This document shows, piece by piece, positions 1 through 11,760 of a stretch of 64,000 bases of DNA. How positions within the stretch are numbered: the first letter of the stretch is position 1; each line of letters opens with the position of its first letter. Under the pieces are notes generated by a model. It was not told the origin of the DNA and made no database searches. It was given only the letters and a program-made list of their open reading frames with translations. The stretch spans positions 41,168,001 to 41,232,000 of the forward strand of contig NC_043014.1 in assembly GCF_006345805.1 (NCBI RefSeq), in the 5' to 3' direction. The DNA comes from Octopus sinensis. Its lineage: Eukaryota. The position numbers and the translations under genes were made by a program.

Positions 1-34
1 ACACAGCCAAGCTTGCGTCGATTCTATTCCTTTA

Positions 35-120
35 TGACTTAAAATCAAAATAGCTGAATGGATATACTTTTGTCAGACTCATTGAACGTATCTCATTTTA
101 TCGAGAAAGACTGGTGAGCA
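35..120 (+). repeat. 86-bp segment duplicated at 1082-1167
   Basis: 84/86 identity between 35-120 and 1082-1167. Confidence 0.95.
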
Positions 121-410
121 CATCAGACTCAAAGCCAAAGCAACAGAGCTTGTATGAGAGTGCCAGCGATTACCTGAGTGGCTGAAAGAATACCAAGACC
201 TTGCAGTGCCAGCTGAGTTAGCCTATGTTCAGTCTATAAAACATAGCAAGAAAGGGTCGCTTTTCCTTTGGCTTGCTACTGCCGAAACTGTGGAAACGAA
301 AGGCCTCTTTCTTTTTGTTTTAATTTATATCACTTGAATAAATGAATACATGCGACTAAACATATACAAGCATTATTAGATGGATATCCATTCTCCCAAG
401 TTTATCTGAA

Positions 411-1490
411 CTTCTTTATTCGCCCATGAAAGGCATATATAGAAGGTACAGAACAGGGATGGGGACGAAACAAGCACAGTCTTACAGAGGGTTGGGGTTA
501 CAATCATTTGAAATTTGGATGAAATCGGAATGATAAATCGAAAAATGAAAATGCCATTAAAATAAAAAAATAAAAAATGCAATTAAAAATATAAACAGAT
601 TATATAGTCCACGGGTTTATTTTTAACCCGCTGGTTTTTTTCCCTTTTTTTTCCTTTATTGCTTTTTCCCTTACTTTCTTCTTTTCGTTTTGATCAGCTA
701 CACTAGCACGGCCCCTTTCATACTCACCTTTCTTTCCAGAGTTTTCCATCTTTTTGCGTACACACTCTGAGGCAGGTACTTTTTCTCCAGGCAGATCTTT
801 CTTAGCAGGTGGAAATTAAAATAACTTAAACCCACAACTGGAGACAAAGTGGCTTGTCTCAATCCCTTTCGCACGTGCCGTCCATACTGTATCTTTCAGT
901 ATGGCTACTACGCAGAGAAAAGATGCCTTCCTTTCCTTGTTAAGGGAGGGAGGCGGTACTATCTTAACAATGGACTCTGTCGAGAGCCGTCCTCTTTCTG
1001 CATCCGACATCAGTTGTTCGACAAAGGCTATCAACTCCCTCAGCTCCTTACAGTGTACGAAGGCGTGCGCAACATTTTCACTGACTTAAAATCAAAATAG
1101 CTGAATGGATATACTTTTGTCAGACTCATTGAAAGTATCACATTTTATCGAGAAAGACTGGTGAGCATTTAGAATCAACCAAGAGAACTACACCTCGGGC
1201 ATGTGGGGGCGGTGTCAAAACCGTGTCTGGACAACCTCTCTCGAACCGGTAAGGTCGATCGGTAGCACAACCAGGCCAAAGATTTCTGGCAGTTATCCAG
1301 ATACCCCGGCCCGAATGTCCTTCCGAATAGACCGGTCAGTCATCGAAATCTAGAGTCTTCCCCAGGATGTCATCGAACTCATACTCTACCAACCCTTTAT
1401 AAAAATCCGCAGGGGTAGCCTCGCCGCCGGTATTGCTCGCTCGGGAGAACAGTGAGTGCTGTCCCAAGTTCATCTGACTTTCGACATGTC
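411..1490 (-). mobile_element. 5'-truncated, decayed L1/Tx1-clade LINE: ORF2 C-terminus (zf-RVT CCHC knuckle) plus 3' UTR
   Basis: Manual minus-strand translation gives GLFGRTFGPGYLDNCQKSLAWLCYRSTLPVRERLSRHGFDTAPTCPRC, then SENVAHAFVHCKELRELIAFVEQLM...KASFLCVVAILKDTVWTARAKG and, after a frameshift, LSYFNFHLLRKICLEKKYLPQSVYAKRW with a stop at 700-698. The 3' UTR ends in ...CATGGGCGAATAAAGAAG near 411. Confidence 0.85.
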
Positions 1491-1629
1491 TTGTTTTCAG
1501 TCCTCCATGATATACATATATTCACACATACATAAATACACACATGCAAGTCCACAAACACACACACACGCATGCGCACGAGAGAGAGAGAGAGAGAGAG
1601 AGCCTGCATGTGTGTGCGGAAGAGTAAGG

Positions 1630-2066
1630 GGATCATTTCGGTTTGACCGGCAGTTTTTAAAAATAATTTCCACGTAACTAAACACTTTTAAACTTCGTAT
1701 ACTGGTAGAATGTGTTTATAAAACATCTTTTTCTCTTGGCTTTATTGAGAAAATTCTATAGTTTATAAGATATTTGTTGTTTGTTTTCTTCAATTTCTGC
1801 AATTTCAACCAATCAATGACATCTATTGAGGTGAAAACATTCTGTGCCGTATGAATATGTCCCTCGTTTAAGAAACAGATTGGGTTTATTTACATTTGTG
1901 AAGAAAAAAAGATACCCTTCCCCCCATCCCTAACCCTAACTAACGCTAACTAACCCTAACCCTAAAACAGATTGAAATGCAATAGATCGATACTAGGGTC
2001 ATAATTATGGGTGGCAATTTCATATGACACCGCTAGAAAAAAGTGCCGTTCAAACCGAAAAGATCC
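1630..2066. mobile_element. Non-autonomous TIR element (MITE), Merlin-like ends, with internal (TAACCC)n tract
   Basis: Left end GGATCATTTCGGTTTGACCGGCAG and right end TGCCGTTCAAACCGAAAAGATCC form imperfect TIRs of about 28 bp. 8-bp TSD GAGTAAGG at 1622-1629 and 2067-2074. Telomere-like hexamers at about 1928-1963. Homologous arms at 31.9-33.1 kb. Confidence 0.85.
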
Positions 2067-3251
2067 GAGTAAGGGAATGTATGCAAATTCCAAACCGTGT
2101 TTCCACCCTACCACCAGAAAATTGGACTGCGATTTTCAGCATCCTTTCATACGTAGTATTTGAACACACACACACTATAAAAATTCAAAATAAAAATAAA
2201 GATAAAAAAATGTACGCGTATCACGTGATATTTACTATCTTTTTTCAGAACAAATATTTTGCTCTGAAAAAGAAGATAAATATTTCATACCCTATCCGTA
2301 AGTCGAGATTAGTTCTTTTCTATTTCTATTTCCCCCCCCCCCTTCCTTATCGGTGTGTGGTGGTTTATGACATCTCATAAAAATACTTGCTTTTGTATGT
2401 TTTGAAATAAAAGTCTTAGACTAACATATGTATAAACATGCACTAATTTACTCTCTGAAAAAAAAAAACCTTCACATTTTTTAATGTTTCAATGAATAAA
2501 TAAATGTAATTTTGTCTATTCACATCCAAACCCATTTATAATATACGTTTGTATGTACTATACATGGACGTACGTGTCTTTATAAAAATACGGGCTTGTA
2601 TAAATGTACGAATAGGAATTAAAGCTTACGCGCAATAACCGTTTCACTCAGAGCAAAAGCAAGCGTCTCTCCAAATATAAAACGACCAAAATTTTCTCGT
2701 GAATGTTTACCTAGTTTCGTGTTACAATGAAGTTCTATTAAATTATAACATGCTGTCAGGAAGTTTAAAAACAAAGGAAGACAGCTGATTAGTAAACAAA
2801 CTGGCATGTTAATCTCGAATTAATGAGACAGTTGTTTTTGTTAAATAGCGAATGTCAGCGTTCTCTGTGTGCGTAGGTAGAAGCTAAAGAGAAAAATATA
2901 CATTAAACAAACAGTAGAACGAAATTTATATTGCGTCTACATTTATAAAAATAGTGCGCATGAATACGTCTGTCTGTATGTATGTTTGTATTTGTGTATG
3001 TATGTATGTATGTATGTATGTATGTATGTATGTATATATGTATGTATGTATGTATGCATGAAAGTATGTAATTGCGTGTATATGTATATGTACATATATG
3101 TATGCTTATATAAAATATACATTAGGGGATTAAGAAGTTCGCTTTGTAACCGTGTAGTTTCAGGTTCGGTCCCATTACATGATAGCCCGGATAAATGTTC
3201 TTTACTATAGCTTCGGGTCGCGACTATTCTCCTCTGAGCGGATCTGATATG

Positions 3252-3482
3252 TTTCTTTATTACCCACAAGGGGCTAAACATAGAGGAGACAAACAAGGAC
3301 AGACAAACGGATTAAGTCGTTTACATCGACCACAGTGTGTAACTGGTACTTAATTTATCGACCCCAAAAGGATGAAAAGCAAAGTCGACCTCGGCGGAAT
3401 TTGAACTCAGAACGTAACGGCAGACGAAAGACGGCTATGCTTTTCGCCCGGCGTGCTAACGTTTCTGCCAGCTTGCCGCCTT
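3252..3482 (-). mobile_element. SINE family B (head GGCGGCGAGCTGGCAGAAACGTTAGCACG), tail type 1
   Basis: B-box-like GAGTTCAAATTCC, conserved body and tail CCCCTTGTGGGTAATAAAGAAA; more than 15 homologous copies in the window. Confidence 0.9.
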
Positions 3483-3583
3483 GTCTGAGCGAATCTGATA
3501 GAAGTCATGTGGGGGTATGTGCGTGTGTGTGTGTGCTCCTTCTCTCTCTCTCTCTCTCTCTTTTCTCTCTCTCTTTCTCTCTT

Positions 3584-3620
<37 letters not shown>

Positions 3621-3670
3621 ATGTGTGCGTGTATGTGTGTATGTATATATATATACCAGGGCTTCTATAT

Positions 3671-3980
3671 GAGATTGCACCTAGAAAGTTACCCTCCTAG
3701 ACACAAATCCGGGCAAGGTTGTTTTATAGAAGGCCAGCAGTCGCCCATGCATACCAGCCTCCCCTCTCCACGCCACCAGTGTTATCCAAGGGAAAGACAA
3801 AGGTCGATACAGCTTGGCACCAGTGACGTCGCAACTCATTTCTACAGCTGAGTGAACTGGAGCAACGTGAAATAAAGTGCCTTGCTCAAGAACACAACAC
3901 GCAGCCCGGTCCGGGATTCGAGCTCACAACCTCACGATCGTAAGCTCGACGCTCTAACCACTGAGCCATGCGCCTTCACC
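3671..3980 (-). mobile_element. SINE family D, tRNA-Arg(ACG)-like head
   Basis: Minus strand GGTGAAGGCGCATGGCTCAGTGGTTAGAGCGTCGAGCTTACGATCGTGAGGTTGTGAGCTCGAATCCC (A and B boxes, ACG anticodon loop) followed by a non-tRNA body; 229 bp identical to 62144-62372. Confidence 0.9.
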
Positions 3981-3999
3981 AATGCGCCTTCACCAGGGC

Positions 4000-4040
<41 letters not shown>

Positions 4041-4285
4041 TAGTAGATGAAATCTTAGCGACTGAAGAAGGGGTTTTTTCGTTGTGTTTATTGTCCTGTA
4101 TCTCTCTCTTTTTTTGCTTGTCTTGTTCCTTGGTTTGTGTCTATGTGTTCGACGTCTATTTTGGTGTCCTGTACACATATATGCGTGTATATGTACATGT
4201 AGAGGTAGGTACGTACATATATGTTTATATATGCATATGTTCTATTTTATTACCTATATATATATAATATATATATTATATACAA

Positions 4286-4445
4286 GGGCTTCTTTCAGTT
4301 TTCGTCTGCGAAATTCCCTCACAACGCTTTAGTCGGCCTAAGGCTACAGTAGAATACACTTGCCCAAGGTACAACGCAATAGGACCGAACGCGAAACCAT
4401 GTGATTGGGAAGCAAGTTTCTTATCACACAGCTACGCCTGCACCT
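4286..4445 (-). mobile_element. SINE family A, old 5' half
   Basis: Diverged match to the head of full copies such as 46033-46430. Confidence 0.75.
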
Positions 4446-4641
4446 ATAGTCAATTTATTTTCATTTTCTTCAATGCTATTGCTCCTTTAATTCAACATTT
4501 CGTAAAGTTTTTTTCCTTGTTTCCAAGGTTTTCATCTTTAAGAAATGTAAACTTCAGGGTTAGGTTTACATTCTTAACTCGAAAAATGTCTTAATATAAA
4601 AATTTTCAATTATTGTTTTTGAATATCTTCTAATAAGAGTT

Positions 4642-4799
4642 GGAGTGGCTGTGTGGTGAGTAGCTTGCTTACAAACCACATGGTTCCGGGTTCAGTCCGA
4701 CTGTGTGGCACTTTGGGCTAGTGTCTTCTACTATAGCCTCGGACCGACCAAAGCCTTGTGAGTGGATTTGGTAGACAGAAACTGAAATAAGCCCATCTT

Positions 4800-4844
<45 letters not shown>

Positions 4845-5074
4845 GTATATGTGTGTTTGTGTTTGTCCCTCACCCCAACATCGCTTGACAACCGATGGCG
4901 GTGTGTTTACGCCCCTGTAACTTAGCGGTTCGGCAAAAAGAGACCGATGGAATAAGTACTAGGCTTCCAAAGAATAAGTGTCCTGGGGTCGATTTGCTCG
5001 ACTAAAAGGCGGTGCCCCAGCATGACCACAGTCAAATAACTGAAACAAGTAAAAGAGTAAAAAGAGGTAAAGAG
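4642..5074 (+). mobile_element. SINE family A, near full length, internal (TA)n
   Basis: Head GGAGTGGCTGTGTGGTGAGTAGCTTGC, B box GGTTCAGTCC, tail CAGTCAAATAACTGAAACAAGTAAAAGAGTAAAAAGAG. Confidence 0.9.
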
Positions 5075-5949
5075 CAATCACGAGTTAAATAACGGATTGT
5101 AAACAGAAGACTTGTAACTGAAAACGTTATGAACAGAATCTTTTTTTTTTTTTTGGTTTTTAAAATAATATTACCTTAAATAACTACTTGAAAAATAACA
5201 TATATTTCACACACGCGTTACAGGCTGTAAAGACAATTTATGAATCGGGAATTAGATACAGATAGCTTTATGAATCTCGATAAAATGCTAATCAATGTGT
5301 AACAGACGACCGTTGTAATGATATCTTCATTGCATTAAATCGTCATTTGTTGCTATCATGAATTATCTATAATTCTGTTTTTATGCATCATATCCCACGG
5401 GACATGAAATTGCAATTAAGTTTAGGGAATACAACTATTAAGAATCTATTTCGAAATATTGGGCTCACAAACCGTAACAATGACTTAATGATTTGTGCAA
5501 ATGAGGTAAAACAACGAAAGAATACAGGCAAATAGATCGCGTCACTAAATCGAGATTATGATAATTATATTTAAAGAGATATTTGATGGGTGTTTAAATG
5601 GTAAATTGAAAGTTGTGTCCTAGTAGTAATCCGCCATATTTTATCTTTAGTTGGCGGAATTTATCAAGCCACAAAAACGGTCTCGTCAGGCGTTAAAAGA
5701 CTGAAGGATACAAGTTACAGATGGCAAACATCTGTTTACAGGTGTCAATATACAAGTGGTAATATTCTGTTTGCGATTAACGTGGCTCCCTAAACTATCT
5801 TATAGGGATTAAGTTATGCTCCGCCGAGCAATTTCTGAGTAGCAATGTTGTATTAATATATAAGTTCATGCCATTACTCTCTTTCTCTCTCTCTCTCTGT
5901 CCCTCCCACTGTATCTCTCTTTCAATCATTACATACGCGCACGCACACA

Positions 5950-5975
5950 TATGTATATGATATATATATATGTAT

Positions 5976-6021
<46 letters not shown>

Positions 6022-6310
6022 GTATATATATTATATATATGTATATGTGTATATATATATATTGTATATATATGTGTGTATATATATATGTATATATATA
6101 TATATGTATATATGCATATATATATATAGGTGTATATATATAATATATATATATATATATGTATATATGTATATATGTGTATATATATATATATATGTGT
6201 ATATATATATATTATATATGTATATATATATGTATATATATGTATATATATGTATATATATATATGTATATATATATATATGTATATATATATGCATATA
6301 TATATATGTA
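5950..6310. repeat. (TA)n/(TATG)n microsatellite
   Basis: Direct inspection. Confidence 0.95.
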
Positions 6311-6684
6311 AAAGAGAAAAAGATGGTGGGAGAGAAATGAAAGTACACATTTCAGTTGAAATATTTTTCATATATCTGAAATATCTTTCAGATATGTTAA
6401 AAAAAAACAACAAAATCAAAGCACAGATAATTTTATATTTAGTTCATCGCATAATGTTCCCTGTGGATCTGGTTCATATCTTCCGGCTTCTCATAACCAT
6501 TTCGGAGTTCAGTTTTGAAATATCTTTAAAAAAACGTTACTATTTGCAACATTCGTACTTTCATGAGAATGTTCTAGATAACGTAAGGTTATTCACGATA
6601 ATTTAACAGCTGCTTATATGCCTTAGTAAACTGTTTTTGCTTTGGTGATCGCTGCTCGTTAGTTGAGTAATAACATAAACTATA

Positions 6685-7120
6685 ATATCCTTTTCTACTT
6701 TAGGCACAAGGCGCGAAATTTTGGAGGAGGGGGCCAGTTGATTAGATCGACCCTAGTACGCAACTCGTACTTAATTTATCGACCGCGAAAGGATGAAAAG
6801 CGAAGGCGACCTCGGCGGAATTTGAATTCAGAGCGTAAAGGCAGACGAAATACCGCTAAGCATTTCGCCCGGCGTGCTAACGTTTCTTATTTCTTTACTA
6901 CCCACAAGGGGCTAAACACAGAGAGGACAAGCAAGGACAGACAAACGTATTAAGTCGATTATATCGACCCCAGTGCGTAACTGGTACTTATTTAATTGAC
7001 CCCGAAAGGATGAAAGGCAAAGTCGACCTCGGCGGAATTTGAACTGAGGACGTAACGGCAGACGAAATACCACAAAGCATTTTGCCCCGCGTGCTAATGT
7101 TTCTGCCAGCTTGCCGCCTT
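6685..7120 (-). mobile_element. Composite SINE B: body+tail1 fused to body+tail2
   Basis: Junction AAAGAAATA|AGAAACGTTAGCACG (minus strand) near 6880-6895; second unit ends in the tail2 GGCCCCTCCTCCAAAATTTCGCGCCTTGTGCCTAAAGTAGAAAAGG. Confidence 0.85.
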
Positions 7121-7492
7121 GGAGTTCTTCGGCTGCACGACAACGCCCGCCATCATATCGCCAATATGACCAGGGAAGGCATTGAAGCGCATGGCTGTAC
7201 TCTCCTGATTTGGCACCAACGAATTTCCACCTCTTTCAATCTCTTTCAAATGCTATGCGCGGAGTTTCGATCTATAATGATGAAGAATTGGGAGCTTGAT
7301 TGGATCAATTTTTCTTGTCGAAATCAGTTGATTTCTACCAATGAGGTATTGGAAATCTTGTTGAACGTTGGGAAGAAGTTGTAAACAACAAATTGAATAC
7401 ATTATTGATTAATTAGTTGTTATTTTTTATTAAACTTTAAAAAAAAATTAAATTTTAAAAACTGGCGGGAACTTAGTTGCCAACCCAATATA
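7121..7492 (+). mobile_element. Mariner (DD34D) transposase 3' remnant with right TIR
   Basis: GVLRLHDNARHH, a frameshift, then YSPDLAPTNFHLFQSL...GIGNLVERWEEVVNNK with two stops; ends ...GGGAACTTAGTTGCCAACCCAATATA. Confidence 0.9.
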
Positions 7493-7511
7493 ACATTAAA
7501 TTTCGAAAAAA

Positions 7512-7725
7512 AGCGACAAGCTAGCAGAATCGTCAGCACTCCGGGCAAATTGATTAACGGCATTTCGTCCGTCTTTACGTTCTGAGTTCAAATGCCGCCG
7601 AGGTCAACTTTGCTTTTCGTCCTTTCGGGGTCGATAAAATAAGTACTAGTTGAACGCTGGGGTCGATGTAATCGACTTAATACTCCCCAGAAATTACTGG
7701 TCGTGTGCCAAAATTTGAAATAAAT
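7512..7725 (+). mobile_element. SINE family B, tail 2, diverged
   Basis: Homology to other B copies. Confidence 0.8.
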
Positions 7726-8099
7726 ATTAAATTTAGAATGAAATTCAACTCAAAGGAACTACCATTTTTTTTACATTATAATCATGAAACCAAGTGAGAG
7801 CATAGAAACGAGCATGTCCTACAAACCCATGTTTATATTTTATTTCATTCACAGTAAGGCTTTCTTACTATTATATTTATTGTAGTTCTTTACATTCGTG
7901 TTCCCCTGTGTATAATGTATCTATCAATGTATGTATGTATGTATGTATGTATGTATGTATGTATGCATGCATGTATGTATGTATGTATGCATGCATGCAT
8001 GTTTGTATGTATGTATGTATGTATGTATGTATGTATGTATGTATCTATCTATCTATCAATCTTTCTATCTAGATGTCCAAATTTAAAACAGAGTTACTT

Positions 8100-8400
8100 G
8101 CAAATAAATGTGTTAACATGTGACATTATAGACCGAGGTTACCGTGGTCTTTTCTGTAGGCTTTTCTTTCCACGGATAAACCTTATCTGCTTCCCCCTTT
8201 ACACTTTACATCAGGATATTTCTGTGATACACGATCCCTATTGATAATTTTTTCTCTCTTTTTTACGATTCCTTTTGATCGAAAACCTACTCCCCTTTTT
8301 CTTTATTCTTTTCCTTTTCTTTTTTTTCTCCCCCAAAAGAAAAGCTCTACTTTGTAATTTGTCCCCTCTGTGTTCAGCCCTGTGTAGCTAATAAAGAAAC
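8100..8400 (+). mobile_element. Probable LINE 3' UTR ending in the same terminal sequence as SINE B tail 1
   Basis: Pyrimidine-rich UTR-like sequence ending TTTGTCCCCTCTGTGTTCAGCCCTGTGTAGCTAATAAAGAAA, with no SINE B body upstream. Confidence 0.5.
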
Positions 8401-8867
8401 CTATATGTCCGTCTATCTATCTCCTGTCTGTCTGTCTGTCCGTTCCTCCCTCTTTCCCTCTCTCTGTATCCTTCTGTATCTCCGTTCGCCTGTGCAGCAG
8501 GTTGTATATACACACATGTGTATGTATTTGAGTGTGAAAATGGCATTGAACTTTCGAGAATGGCAACTATTTCCGCATCTTACTGAGATACTGTATAGGA
8601 TTACTATACAGAAAAGTTTGAAAAGCTGTCTCTCACAAATACCTGATCTTGCAAGAATATTTTCCACTATATAGGCTGTCATTTTATCGAACGTATTAGC
8701 GGATGGCTCGGCTTTAATCTTCTATGAATACCGAAGTCGGTTTTAATCCGCAGCTTAGAAGGCTCGCTGATTCAACTAAACGTGATTATGTATGGGCATA
8801 TGGAGTCGCCAAATACATGTGCTCCCATCAGTTATGGATTTGCACGGATTATGACAATGACTGCATC

Positions 8868-8868
<1 letters not shown>

Positions 8869-8916
<48 letters not shown>

Positions 8917-8970
8917 GTTATTATTATTGAATGGGAGAGCAGTGCATGCCATCAAAGTGACAATTGAGTA

Positions 8971-9021
<51 letters not shown>

Positions 9022-9122
9022 GAGTGAGAGAGCAGTGCATGCCATCAAAGTGACAATTGAGTAATATTATTATTATTATTTTATATTATTATTATTATTA
9101 TTAATTATTATTATTATGATTA

Positions 9123-9153
<31 letters not shown>

Positions 9154-9286
9154 GAGTGAGAGAGCAGTGCATGCCATCAAAGTGACAATGAGAGTATTAT
9201 TATATTATTATTATTATTATTATTATATTATTGTTATTATTATTGAATGGGAGAGCAGTGCATGCCATCAAAGTGACAATTGAGTA

Positions 9287-9317
<31 letters not shown>

Positions 9318-9320
9318 TAT

Positions 9321-9386
<66 letters not shown>

Positions 9387-9493
9387 TTATTATTATTATT
9401 ATTATTATTATTATATTTTATTATTATTATTATTATATTATTATTATTATTGAGTGAGAGAGCAGTGCATGCTATCAAAGTGACACTTGGGTA

Positions 9494-9542
<49 letters not shown>

Positions 9543-9618
9543 TTTTTATTATATTATTATTATATTATTATTATATTGAGTGAGAGAGCAGTGCAGCCAT
9601 CAAAGTGACAATTGAGTA

Positions 9619-9677
<59 letters not shown>

Positions 9678-9692
9678 CATTATTATTATTAT
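8869..9692 (-). repeat. (ATT)n tract punctuated by six copies of a ~45-bp unit
   Basis: Unit TGAGTGAGAGAGCAGTGCATGCCATCAAAGTGACAATTGAGTAATT starting at about 8928, 9021, 9153, 9244, 9451 and 9577. Confidence 0.95.
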
Positions 9693-10544
9693 ATGCAGTG
9701 CTAATAATTAAGAGAACGTCCACCTGCTGCCGCCCTGAATGGGTTGAAGCGAGAGAAATATTAGCCTGAAGCAACAGTAGAAATTGCAAATCAATTACAC
9801 GGACTTGGCGAAGTAGAAAACTTGCAACATCGCATCGTATAGACACAAAGAGAAAGAATGGAAAAGGAAAGCAGATATAATTAGAGGAAGAAGAATGATA
9901 GAAAGAATGTAAAAAGAAAATAATCGATCATTGAACGTGTTCATGAAGTTAAAATTAACCCCTATTCCTCAAGTGTTGAAAGAGGTTGGATTTGTTCCAC
10001 TAATGAGAATTTAGTACAAAACAGCTATCATTGGATGCCATTAACGAAATACATCAATACATCACCCGATCGTATTACATGGATGCTTGTTAGTGCAACT
10101 TCTTACCACTTCGTGTTTCAGTGGAGTTTTACTTTAGTTTAGTTTTGGCTGTTTTGTTTTAATACGGAAGCATAGTCAGAGAATAGATAACATGTGCTAT
10201 TATCGAAGCCATTAGAAAGTCTTGCTATATTCTACTTTTGGCAGAATGGGCAGAAGACACCTGTAGGTGGTATTCGAGCTCTGCTATAACCTCACGCCGA
10301 CCAAAGCCAAAGCCTTATGAGTGGATTTGGTAGACAGAAACTGAAAGAAACCTGTTGTGTGTGTGTTGTGTCTGTGTGTATTATATATATAATATACATG
10401 GATATATATAAATATGTATGTATGTATGTATCTATCTATATAAATATATGTATATAGACATAAATATATATTATATGTATATATATATGTATATATATAT
10501 ATATACACACATATATACAAATATATACAAATAAATATATATAC

Positions 10545-10632
<88 letters not shown>

Positions 10633-10987
10633 AATAATTAATCAATATAGGGTGGCAAAAAAAAATTTTGTAGAATTTTTTTGCCACCAGCGGCCTAGTG
10701 GGAAAAAATTAAATAGTCATAGACCATTTTTAAGTTCAACATCACAATCAAGGAACGGCCATAATAGGCCATTCACCCACTAGAAATAACAGCCAAAAGC
10801 TTCAACCGCAAAATAACATCAATTCCGTAAACCAGGAGAAAATTAAAAAAACATTTACACACACACGCACACACACGCGCGCACACACACACACGCGCAC
10901 ACACACACGCACGCACACACGCGCGCGCACACACACACGCACACACACACACATACGCACACACACATATATATATAAATGTGTAGC

Positions 10988-11272
10988 AGTAGAGTTATAG
11001 GTGTCAATCCATTGCAGCTGTTTCTAACGACTCCTTTAAGTGATTGATGAAAACGTTACATCATTATAAAGAAAAAACTTTTTCTCAGATGAATTCATGA
11101 ACTTCAGAATATAAAGGACATTCAAAATGATTTAACATTGTTTAAAATCCACGGAGCAAAACATCGACAGTGAGTCTGCTACTATTTCAGTTTATATTTC
11201 AGTCGTGTTTTTATTAATAAATTAAAGGAGTCATTAGGAACTGCAGTAATGGATTGAAACATCTTCCTCTAC
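10988..11272. repeat. Imperfect inverted repeat, arms of about 52 bp
   Basis: AGTAGAG...CAATCCATTGCAGCTGTTTCTAACGACTCCTTTAA versus TTAAAGGAGTCATTAGGAACTGCAGTAATGGATTG...CTCTACT. Confidence 0.75.
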
Positions 11273-11348
11273 TCTTACTCATTTTTATTTTATTCACCTG
11301 TCTCGCAATCTGCCCTTCGTAAATATCATGGACTCTATATTTAATATA

Positions 11349-11760
11349 TATTCCTTTACTGCCCACAAGGGGCTAAACATAGAGGGGGCAAACAAGGACA
11401 AAGATATTAAGTCGATTACATCGACCCCACTGTGTAACTGGTATTTTATTTATCGATCCCGAAAGGATGAAAGGCAAAGTCGACCTCGGCGGAATTTGAA
11501 CTCAGAACGTAACGACAGACGAAATACCTATTTCTTTACTACCCACAAGGGGCTAAACGCAGAGGGGACAAACAAGAACAGACAAACGGATTAAGTCGGT
11601 TATATCGACCCCAGTGCGTAACTGGTACTTAATTTATCGACCCTGAAAGTATGAAAGGCAAAGTCGACCTCGGCGGAATTTGAACTCAGAACGTAAAGAC
11701 AGACGAAATACGGTTACGCATTTCGCCCAGCGTGCTAACGTTTCTGCCAGCTCACCGCTT
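11349..11760 (-). mobile_element. SINE B tandem multimer
   Basis: Repeated B bodies and tail1 units, junction AAAGAAATA|GGTATTTCGTCTG near 11520-11540. Confidence 0.85.

Noticed and set aside
1928-1963. Telomere or chromosome-fusion site
   Set aside because: The short degenerate hexamers are internal to a TSD-flanked MITE and recur in its other copies.
3900-3980. tRNA-Arg genes (also at 22320-22389 and 31775-31844)
   Set aside because: The tRNA-like heads lack a proper acceptor stem and run into SINE bodies.
4072-4180. Hammerhead at CTGAAGAAGG in a TA-flanked element
   Set aside because: No downstream GAAA or helix III.
8869-9692. CRISPR-like repeat/spacer appearance
   Set aside because: The spacers are just (ATT)n, the context is eukaryotic and there are no cas genes.
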